A DNA stretch of 64,000 bases from Myxococcota bacterium (GTDB lineage: Bacteria; Myxococcota_A; Polyangia; Polyangiales; Polyangiaceae), in assembly GCA_048498935.1 (NCBI GenBank), contig JBEHXA010000001.1:688-64687 (forward strand). Direction: 5' to 3'. Both the position numbers and the translations under genes were made by a program. Positions within the stretch are counted from its first letter, which is position 1. Every line of letters begins with the position of its first letter. Shown one piece after another: positions 39,269 to 48,700 of the stretch. The notes beneath the pieces are model-generated. The model ran no database searches. It saw only the letters and a program-made list of their open reading frames with translations, and was not told where the DNA came from.

Positions 39269-39808
39269 ATGAGCAAGAAAACCGTCGTCGTCGGCGTGAT
39301 CGAGAGCCAAGTCCAGGCTGAAAACATCGTTAAAGAGCTCGAACAGTCCGGCATCCCCACGCCCGACATCTCGGCCATCTTCCCCGACCGTCATGGTGGC
39401 AAGGACTTCGCGCACGAGCACAATACCAAAGCCCCCGAGGGCGCCATCACGGGCGTCGCCGGCGGTGGAGTCATCGGCGGTACCATCGGCCTCCTCGCCG
39501 GCATCGGTGCCCTCGCCATCCCGGGCCTCGGCCCGTTCATCGCTGCAGGCCCCCTCATGGCGGCACTCAGCGGTGCCGCAGCCGGCGCGGCCGTAGGCGG
39601 CGTGGCCGGCGCCCTCATCGGCATGGGCATCCCCGAAATCGAAGCCAAAAAATACGAAGGCAAACTCCGCGGCGGCAACATCCTCATCGCCGCTAGCGTC
39701 GCCAACTCCGACCAAGAAAAAATCGCCAAAGAGATCTTCCGTCGCCAAGGAGCGCACGACATCTCCTCGACGACAGAAGCTTCCGTGCCCGCCCAACGCG
39801 AAAGCTAG
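39269..39808 (+). CDS. General-stress-type membrane protein (Gly-zipper; DUF3341/YflT-like)
   Basis: TKAPEGAITG..GG.IGG.IGLLAGIGALAIPGLGPFIAAGP, GMGIPEIEAKKYE; typical partner of the BON gene. Confidence 0.8.
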   Translation: MSKKTVVVGVIESQVQAENIVKELEQSGIPTPDISAIFPDRHGGKDFAHEHNTKAPEGAITGVAGGGVIGGTIGLLAGIGALAIPGLGPFIAAGPLMAALSGAAAGAAVGGVAGALIGMGIPEIEAKKYEGKLRGGNILIAASVANSDQEKIAKEIFRRQGAHDISSTTEASVPAQRES

Positions 39809-39830
39809 CTGGTCTGCCGCGACACCTTCA

Positions 39831-39861
39831 GGCGCGCTCGAGCATCATGCTGGAGCGCGCC
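39831..39861. terminator. Hairpin between convergent genes
   Basis: GGCGCGCTC-GAGCATCATGCTG-GAGCGCGCC. Confidence 0.55.
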
Positions 39862-39888
39862 GTCGCCTTGCTCACGCCTGCAGTGGAC

Positions 39889-40263
39889 TCAGCCGCCTTC
39901 AAAAAGGCCCACAATGTTGCCCTCAGTATCGGCAACGCGAGCGAACGCTCCCATGCCCGGAATCGGAGTCTTGGGTGTCACCACCTTGCCCCCAGCGCTC
40001 GCCACCTTCTTGAGCGCATCGTCGATCGAGGCAACCCCCACGTAGATCGTCGGGTGCGGCGCCTCCTTCGGACGCGCGAACAACCCGCCATTGATGCCCC
40101 CCGGCTCCGTCGGTCGCTGCTGTTCATCGACCGCCGACGACTGCGCCATCACGTAGTTCATCTCCGGAAAATCGGTCATCTGCCACCCGAACGCTTCCGC
40201 GTAGAACTTCACCGCACGCGCCTTGTCATCGAACGGGATCTCGAAGTGAACGACCTTGTCCAT
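39889..40263 (-). CDS. VOC/glyoxalase family protein
   Basis: VVHFEIP.DD..RAVKFY..FGW, GGINGGL, GGKVV.PK..IPGMG.FA...DTEGN..GL. Confidence 0.9.
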   Translation of the reverse strand: MDKVVHFEIPFDDKARAVKFYAEAFGWQMTDFPEMNYVMAQSSAVDEQQRPTEPGGINGGLFARPKEAPHPTIYVGVASIDDALKKVASAGGKVVTPKTPIPGMGAFARVADTEGNIVGLFEGG

Positions 40264-40461
40264 GCTGCCTCCTTTGGGAGCGCTGACCGTCACCTCGCAT
40301 CCGTTAGTTCGCAAGCAACAAAGCGGCGACGCGAGTCGGATCGCGCAAGCGCCGGCATGGCGTGTATCCGAACGCGACAAGGCCGACCTGGTGACCCAGC
40401 ATCGGGCTTTCGCTTTGCGAGGCGTTCAGTAGCCGTTTCGGACTTGACCGTGGAGAAGGGG

Positions 40462-41574
40462 TCACGGCCCGCAGTAGGGGCTGACTTCGATCCCGCCCAG
40501 CTGGTCGCCGTCCTCGAAGGGCTCGGCGGCCAGCAAGTAAGTCGTGCCCGCTTCGACCTCGAACTCCGTGCCGCCCTGGTGGCATTCCAAGACGTCACCC
40601 GTGCATGCGTCGAGGATCGCAAAGATCGGATGCGTGCCTTGATCCGAGATCCGCACGTTGAAGTGAACGCATCCAGTCGTAGTCGCCGTCCAGCGATAGA
40701 CGCGGTCCGCGCTCGTTCCTTCGGTGTTGCAGGGCAAAGTGACATCGTCACCGTCGTAGTCGACGTGTGAATCCCACGTCAGATCATCGGTGCCGAGGTC
40801 CTCGTCGTACGCGGGCGCCGAGCAGGCCTGCGCGCCAGCGCAAATCGGGGTTGAATCGTCGACCTCATCGTCGTCCAGCACGCTGTCTCCGGCGGTGCCG
40901 TCGCCCGCGCCGTCGTCGAGCCCCACCTCTACCAAGGTCCCGCCGTGCTCACAGGAGCCGCCGGGGGTTAGCGCCGTGAGCCTGATCAAGGAGCTGTAGC
41001 CATCCTGGCCGTCGTTACCGGGAATGCCTTGCGGTCCTTGACCGCCTTGCGGTCCGACATCGCCGCGCGGTCCAGCGCCACCTTGCGGCCCCGTGTCGCC
41101 CTTTGGACCCATATCGCCCTGCGCCCCGGTATCACCCTTGGAACCCATATCGCCCTGGGCACCCGTATCGCCCTTCGCCCCGGTATCACCCTTGGAACCC
41201 ATATCGCCTTGGGCACCGGTATCGCCCTTCGCCCCGGTATCGCCTTGCGCCCCGGTATCGCCTTGCGGCCCGGCTTCGCCTTGCGGCCCTACTTCGCCTT
41301 GTGGCCCCGCCTCGCCTTGTGCTCCGTCGACACCGTTACACAGCAACAAGGTCTCCTCGACTTCGACGTCGTCCAGCACGCCGTTGGCGTCGTCATCAAC
41401 GCCGAACCTCACCAGGTTGCCGCCTGCATCGCAGCCATCGCCCGGCGCTTCGTCCCGCACCGACACCAACACGCTCGCCGCGCCACTCGTCTCAGGGCTC
41501 GCCGTATCATCATCGGAGCACCCAACGATCGCGAGACCCACGAGCATAACCAACGCCGACCGGCAACCGAGCAT
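40462..41574 (-). CDS. Collagen triple-helix repeat lipoprotein flanked by two DUF7151-like acidic Cys-bounded domains
   Basis: IVGC lipobox; about 38 uninterrupted Gly-X-Y triplets; CDAGG..G.DDD.NG.LDD.EVE..C and CEHGG..G.DDG....LDDDEVD..C. Confidence 0.85.
   Translation of the reverse strand: MLGCRSALVMLVGLAIVGCSDDDTASPETSGAASVLVSVRDEAPGDGCDAGGNLVRFGVDDDANGVLDDVEVEETLLLCNGVDGAQGEAGPQGEVGPQGEAGPQGDTGAQGDTGAKGDTGAQGDMGSKGDTGAKGDTGAQGDMGSKGDTGAQGDMGPKGDTGPQGGAGPRGDVGPQGGQGPQGIPGNDGQDGYSSLIRLTALTPGGSCEHGGTLVEVGLDDGAGDGTAGDSVLDDDEVDDSTPICAGAQACSAPAYDEDLGTDDLTWDSHVDYDGDDVTLPCNTEGTSADRVYRWTATTTGCVHFNVRISDQGTHPIFAILDACTGDVLECHQGGTEFEVEAGTTYLLAAEPFEDGDQLGGIEVSPYCGP
40993..41334 (-). repeat. Coding 9-bp-unit tandem repeat (Gly-X-Y) with near-identical longer duplications
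   Basis: Repeated GCCCCGGTATCACCCTTGGAACCCATATCGCC units. Confidence 0.9.
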
Positions 41575-41885
41575 GGCAACCTCTTCCTTTGGAGTGAAGG
41601 CGCTATCCCAGGCGCCGACACGCCAGTACGGACGCCCCCGTTCAACCATAAGGGTTCCCCCTCGAAACGGCAGGCCGACCCGCCGCGAACCCCCGGCATC
41701 GATCTTGAACGAACGCCGTTCGCAGAGCCGCGCCTCCCGTGTCAGTCAGAGCCGTTCGAGCTCATTGCTTCGCGAAGCGCGCAGGCTCTGAAGAAGGAAA
41801 CGATGGCTCGCAACCTTATCAGTCGTCGGCGATGTCTGATGCTGCGGCGAATCTGCCTCCGCTCAAAGTCAGATTGCAGCATTTC

Positions 41886-42193
41886 AGGGGTCGACCCCCT
41901 CAAAACATGTGCGAAGTCGATCGCGAGGGGTTCGACCCCTGAAATGCGACTCGAATTCCAGTTTGCGATGGGGTCGACCGCTCGTTGGTGACGCTCAATT
42001 CCACAACCGAGCGGTTCGACCCCTCTCTTGGTGAAACCAATTCCAAAAAAAGAGGGGTTCGACCCCTCGAAATCTCTCCGCAAAGCAGCAAAGCAGGGGT
42101 CGACCCCCTCTCGGAGCGATTTTGAAGTCGCAAATCAGCGGTCGGACCCTCGCCGACGGCTCACCAGGTTTGCAAAACAGGGGTGGAACCGGT
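41886..42193. repeat. Non-coding array of eight 14-15-bp palindromes (consensus AGGGGT(T)CGACCCCT), period 40-43 bp, with non-identical spacers
   Basis: Copies start at 41886, 41926, 41969, 42010, 42053, 42095, 42137 and 42179; the last two are degenerate. Confidence 0.9.
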
Positions 42194-42467
42194 CGTAAGT
42201 CAGAAAGCCACGGACGGTCTGGTACTAGTCGCGTCAGCGGCCAGCACACGTGGCGACGGGACCCGTTCCGTCTGGGTGCCATGCCTCCCGCTTGAGCGCC
42301 CATGCCCAGTACGTGAGCGACTATCGGCTGAGCAGATCGATTTTCGAGAAATGACCAAGCGAGGACACGAAGGCTTGAGGGGAGGGACGCCCTCTTCTCC
42401 GGCACTCGTCGTGGGAAACGAGAACGACGACGCTTCTTCATCGATAGATGCGGCCGCCAGACCTTGG

Positions 42468-42713
42468 CTAGAAAGGGGCAAAGCGAGCGCGTGAAATGCG
42501 TCCGTCGCGTACTCCCAACCAAATATTGGCATTGCCCCCGCGGCTGTTGCAGTTGGTGCGTATTCGGACCAGCCAGAATCCTTGGTTAATGGCAATTGGC
42601 TCAACCCAGGGCCAGCCACGCGCATCGCACTCCCTGCGCGCCACCTGCAGTAACGCGGCCTCATCGAGCGAAGAAAGCCCCAAGACCGCTCGTAAAGCGC
42701 CCCAGAGTTTCAT
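42468..42713 (-). CDS. Candidate cognate immunity protein of the Rhs toxin (81 aa)
   Basis: ATGA overlap with the Rhs stop; one helix followed by beta strands (ECDARGWPWVEP...WLVRIRTN...ANIWLGVRDGRISRA). Confidence 0.7.
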   Translation of the reverse strand: MKLWGALRAVLGLSSLDEAALLQVARRECDARGWPWVEPIAINQGFWLVRIRTNCNSRGGNANIWLGVRDGRISRARFAPF

Positions 42714-45700
42714 TGGGTTGCTCCGACGTAGAGTGCGCCGCCTACGAAGCCGACGTACACCGTGCCCTCAATGGTAAAGCGCAGGGGCGTGACATATCCG
42801 TGAGTGAACGGAAAGGCAAGCCCCTGCGAAACGCTGCTCATGCCGTAGCCTTGCGCAATCATCTCTTCAACGCCAGCAAGGAGCGCTGAGTTGTTGTATC
42901 CCCAAGTTAGCAAGCGCGCACGTGCGGCCTGAAGTGGATTGGCTCCTGGCGACAGAAAAGCGTGAACGGACTCGTGGCGGAGGACCTGGTTCACTGTGTA
43001 GGGCGACTGCGCGATCTGCTCCAAGTCTAACGTAATCTGCCCGATCGGCGAGGTGCGGCCCAGCGTGCCCTGCGGCAGACGCGCGAACATGACCGCGCCG
43101 GGCTCTTCGAATGTCGTCAGAAGCGCGCCATACCCAATGCGCTGAACAATTGCGGTTGCCAATGGTTTTGCGACCAGGCCGCCTACGCCTCCGAGGGTTG
43201 CGCCGAAAATGATCGCATCCTCGCGCGTCTCCAAATTTGTGAAGGCGCGACCAACTTCAATGGCGCCTCCATCCCAAAGCAGCTGATACACGACATAACC
43301 AGTGCCAAGTACGGCGACCCCGGCAGCGACTCCGGCACAGCCCGGACCTGCGGCGACGCAGACGGCAGCAAGCTTGGTTAAGCCTGCGCCGGCGCCGACC
43401 GCGACCCCAGCCGAAATGCTGCCGAACAACAGTTTCTCGCCTGTGCTGGCAGCCGGGCCGCGCGGTGCCGCGCTGCTGGTGTACTTGCTCTCGGAATAGC
43501 CAGGCTCGTAAGGACCATACGTTGCCACGCCGGCACCTTCAAAGCCGCCGCCAACAGGTGTAGAACCGCCGAAGAAGCCACCCGAGCCGCAAGCAGAAAG
43601 CTCGTCACACGCCTGAAACCCCGTCGGGTCGGTGAAGCGCAGCGGATTGTTGCCTACGTAGGCTTTGAGGTTGAACGACTCGCTGCGGAGCGGCGAACCA
43701 GTGATCGGATCCGAAGATAGGAACTGTCCAACCTGAGGATCGTAGAAGCGCCCGCCCATGTCTACGAGACCATGTTCGGACTCTTGCCAATGGCCAGTGT
43801 AGCCGAGCCCCTTGATCGAGTTTCCACCAACCGTTGAGGCAGCGCCAAAATAGTCGAACTGGCGGCGCTCCACGACGCCTGCCGACTCGTTGGTGACCAG
43901 CTGCACGCTACCGAGATGGTCATCGTGAAAGTACTGCGTGCGCACCTGTTCTGGAGCACCTCCCGGTGGAACGTCGCGGACCACCTCGGCGACCGCGCGC
44001 TTTCCGTTTCCAATCAGATAGTGGTGTGTGGCGCTGCCATCGGAGGTGCTGGTCTCGCGATAATAGAGTTGGCCCCAATACACGGTGGTTGCATCGGGCG
44101 CCCGCTTAACGGTCTTGGTCGCGGTGGCGTCGTACTCGTAGGTCGTCGGCGCTTGAGGATCACTTCCCCAGACGCGTCGCGGCTTTTCGAAGTCTGTGTA
44201 TTCGATGTTGAGTTCTGGAAGAACTCCGACGCTGCGATGGCTCAGTGTGCCGTTTGGATTGTATTCAAAGCTTGAGGAGTCCTCTCCGTTATCAATCGTA
44301 TGCACGGAATGTGGTGCAGTTGAGTCGTAGTTGTACGTCCAGTTGTTGGCATTTACGTGTAGCGAACCGAACGCCGTGTAATCGAAGTCCGCCGTGATCT
44401 GGCTGCCTTCATGAACCTGATCGATGCGCCCGAAAGCGTCGTATTCGTAAGACTCGGCGTTGCCGTAAGAGTCGGACCTGCTCTCTAGGTTTCCGTCGGT
44501 GAAGAAGGTGTGATGGAGTTCCTGGATGGGGTCTTCGTTGGGTAGCCCGGTAGAGATGCCATCGGGAAGCCCTGTGTAAGGATGATAGGTGCGCGTCGTG
44601 GCGAGGCCGTTTCCGAAAGTCTCTACCGTTGGCTGTCCGAAGTCGTCGACTTGGTCCAGTTTCCAAAAGCTAGTCTGCGCTGGGGTCTCGCTGTCGGGAC
44701 CTGACCTGACCTGTTTGAGAATACCGCTGGATTCGTCGTAGACGTTCTCAATCTGGAAGGTGTCGCCTGGGTAGGTGACATAGCGCGGGCGTCCGTGTTC
44801 GTCCCTCTCATCGATCGAGACAACGTGGTCCTCACCGTCGAGCGTTTTGGTGAGCGATTTGACGCGGCCGAAGTCGTCATAGTCCACCGTCGTTGCGATG
44901 CCGTCGGTTGCGTTGAAGTCAAGGCGTTGAGGAAAGTCTTCACGCCAGACCCACGTATCCGAACGATTAGGTTCGTTGGGGGCGCGCGGGTCGACGATGC
45001 GAAAGTGCCTGCGACCAAGACGATCGTAGGTAAAGGTGACGGTCGCGTCAGCGTCGACCGTGCGCTGGAGCTCGCCGAACGGCGTGTAGAAATACGTCAT
45101 CGGATCCGAACCGATATTAGTTCGTGACGCCTGTCGCCCCAGGCGGTCCGATCGCATTTCGCTGACAATGGTCCCTTCGGGCATCCGGATGGCTTGCTCG
45201 AAGCGCGAGAACGGACCGTACTTGTACGCAATTCCCGCCCGTTGCGCAGTCTGGGTCGCCGCAAACTCCTCGGCGAAGCTGACACAGTCTTGTTCACCCA
45301 TCTTGATGGGGTCGCCAGCGAAGAGGATTCGTCCGTGGTAGTCCTTTTCGACGCACCGAGCGCTGTTGTCGGCACCGACGGTGCAGCTCGTTAACCCGAC
45401 GTAGCAGTGGGTGCTCTGCCCGCCGCCCGGTTCGGAGACGAAAGTCAGTCTGTTTTGATTGTCGTAGTCGTATTCTGTGTTGTTATCGACGTTGAACGAT
45501 TTCAGCCAACGCGACCTGGTGGCAACCGACCCTGTCGTGTCGTAGGTGGTGTAGGTCGCGTACGGTATTCCGCCGAAACCAGTGGCGGATTCTGACAGCT
45601 CTCGTCCTAGCTCGTCGTACCGGTGCTTGACGGTGGGGCCGCCGTCGAGCTCTGACACGACATCGAGGCCATTGCCTCCGGTCGAAGGATACGACGTGCG

Positions 45701-48700
45701 TGTCGTGTTGTTATCCGGTGCGATAGTGACGCGGGGCCGACCAAATCCATCATGGACCGCCTGCGTAGTGAGCGTTTTAGAGCCGGTCTTGCCGTGCTCG
45801 ATCGCCTTGGTGATGACGCCAAGACCATGACGGTATTCAGTTTCCTTGCTGTAGCCTTCGGCGTCTGTGATGAGGGCTGGGAAAACTTGCCTGGCCTCAT
45901 CGTAGACCACGGTGGTCGTGCGCTTCTTGTCCTCATCACAACTTGTGCTCCCTCCGCACGTCTCGATCAGCGTGACGTTTCCGTACTCATCGCGTCCCAG
46001 CCGCGTCGACAGCGTATAGGTGGCAGTGTCTGGCTCGATTGTCGTGCGTTCGAGGAGCCCGTTGTCGTAGTACTCGAAAGCGGTTGTTCGCGAAAAGCCA
46101 GCCTGGTGGGACTCACCCGCGATGCCGGACGATGTAACTACTCTTCGCTCGGGTAAGCGGACGAGCCACGCTTCGACGAACTCGGGCCGACTCTCGTATG
46201 CGAAGATTACGTTGAGTTTCTCCTGCTCGTTGCGGCCTCCTCCACTCCAATCAGAGACGACGGACTTCTGGTTGCCGTAGTCGTCGATCTCGATCGTGTG
46301 ATCGACGCGGCCAAGCAGTGTGGATATGCCATCGCGCGTTTCGAATTTGGTCTCTGTTACGATATGCTCGTAAGGCAGCAGCACCCGCGGTGAGTCTGCG
46401 CTTGGCTTGACAGCCCACTGCGCGAATCGCCGCGTGAGGATGCTTCCTTGTTCAGTGGCGGAAAGATCGATGCGCGAGTACTCGCGCCCGGCAAACGGGA
46501 ATGCGCCCGTGTTGGCATCGCGTGTCACGTTGTCGAGATGTGAAACAATCGTGGTGCCGCGATCTAGCTCGGACGCCGCGTGGAAGGAGAATCCGAGGTT
46601 TCCGCGGCCGTTGAGGCCGATCTTTTCTCCGCTGTAGCTGTGCGTGAATTCTCGAATGAATCCAGTGAGATAGCTGGGGCCTTGAAACTCCCGATGACGG
46701 GCCACCAGAGAATGCCGAGGTGTCCTGCAGCGCAAACCGTTGGTGTAGGTGCAGTTTGCGTCAACCGAATTGCTGTAGACGTTCTCGGTAAAGAAGGAGG
46801 CGAGGGGATCGCTGGCAGCCGGTGGATGGTCCGGCACGGATGCGTTCGCGTAGTCGACCTCTATTCGCCCATCCAGGCCATTGGTGACGGCGGTGAGCTT
46901 TGCCACCTGAGGACCTCGACGGATATAGGCGGCCAAGTTGGCCGGTGCAAAACCGCCTGCAGGTTTTTGGACGAAGTCCTTGACGCCGTCGCCGTTGACG
47001 TCCATCGCCAATCCGCGTCCAGCCAAGACCATGCCTACGAAGGTGGTGGGCGGTGCATTGCCGGCAGGGAAATCCCGAACGCGCCAGCCAGAGAAAGTTC
47101 CCCCCAAGGCAGCGTCGGGATTTTCGACTCGTGACTGGAGCCAGCGCCAATTCGCTTCACCAGGACCGGCGATCATGACGTCATCGCGCCCATCGCCATC
47201 GATGTCCACGACTGGTCCGAGAATGTACTGATAGCCTCCCGCGGTTAGGAGGCGCCTGGGCTTGCCATCGACGACAGGCTGGCCGTCAAAAAGGTTGCTC
47301 TCTTCTCGGCAATCAAACGGGTCTTCGGCATCACCCGTACCGAGGCATGTTGAGAGATGGCCGGCATTGTCGTGCGTGACAATATCTGTGAAGCCATCGC
47401 CATTGGCGTCGAGTGGGGTCCCTGACTCGCCGCGCGCTACTGAGACAGGAACGTGAGTCTGGACGACATCGGTGCCGACAGGTCCTTCTTCTCCGTATTC
47501 CGCGTCATCGAAGGTGATGGACAGATAGTCTTCAATGTCCTGAAACTGCTGATTATGATGGTGATACGCATAATTCTGAATCAATAGCGCCTGTTTTCCG
47601 CTTCCGTCGACGTCGGCGGCTATGTAGTGCATGAAGCAAAAGCCGTTGAAATCGATCGGGCGTTCTGTCAGGTCGGGCAAGTGGACGAGCGTCCACGTCC
47701 AGGGCCCCTCATGGACATAGTAACCTCCTTCGTGCCCACCGGTGCATTTGATGATGTCTTTAACGCCATCGCCATCGGCGTCCAGGATGTAGCTGCGGTG
47801 AATGGGGATCTCGAGGCCGATTGGAGAGGTCGGCGAGGGGACGCCGAGATCGAGAACCTTCAGCTTCGAGTCCTTGTAGGTGAGGACCTGATAGTTGCCC
47901 GCCGTGGTAGCCCCTTCCATGAGGAGGTCGTCGAGCCCGTCATTGTCGTAGTCGACGACGTTGTAGATCTCAGGGGCGTTGTAAACCTTGGGTATGAAGA
48001 AATCGGCGGGAGTCTCGGGTACTACTCGATCTCGGCCCGACATCAGCACCTCGAGGTGCTTGCGCCAGCCGTTTACATTCCCATCCGAAGGCCGTCCGTC
48101 CAGAACGACCATCAAGAGGTCGTCGACTCCGTCTCCGTTCAAATCCGCGGGCATGTCGGGGACTACATCGAATTGCGCACTTTCGGGGTCATTGGGGTGA
48201 AACCCGATGGGCACTCCTTGTGACAATGCGGGGACTTCGTTTTGGTACGAGAAGGATGTGGCTGGCTTGCAGACCATGTCGCTGAAGTTGGTCAATCCTT
48301 CCAGCGCCGGCACACATTCGCTGATTTGAGTCAACCAGCTTGGTCCAGAGTACGCGATCTCGTGGTCCATTCTGTATTCGCGAACGATCGTCGAACCAAC
48401 GGACGTGCGAATCCGTTTTAGAATGCGATCATTTCTAAATAAGACACCGCTGCGGTACCCATCGGTGATGTCGTTGCGTCGCTCGTATTCGAACTCGATC
48501 CGGCTGTCGGGCTCAGTTCCGTCAGTATGCCCTGCGTACCAAATGTTTTTGGGCTGGATGAGCGCGCTCTCCTTCGTGGCAAAGCTCTTTCCGCGAACCT
48601 CGTACTCGATCGTCATGTAGTTGCCGGCGCGGTCCTCGACACGTGTGGCGACCCACAGATCGTTGTGAAAGTTGCTGATGCCGGGTTCTATGAAAGTGAC

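Noticed and set aside
39188-39796. Long antisense ORFs (also 17577-18665, 22134-23135, 27835-28614, 53087-54571 and others)
   Set aside because: Typical high-GC antisense shadows of well-supported genes.
40993-41334. Non-coding tandem repeat or CRISPR
   Set aside because: Fully explained as in-frame collagen Gly-X-Y codons.
41886-42193. Canonical CRISPR array
   Set aside because: Repeats are only 14-15 bp and variable, spacer flanks are mutually complementary, and there are no cas genes in the window. Kept only as an unexplained array.
42183-42467. Orphan immunity gene or transposase remnant between the array and the immunity gene
   Set aside because: All frames checked gave stops or uninformative sequence; no HUH, DDE or immunity motif was recognised.
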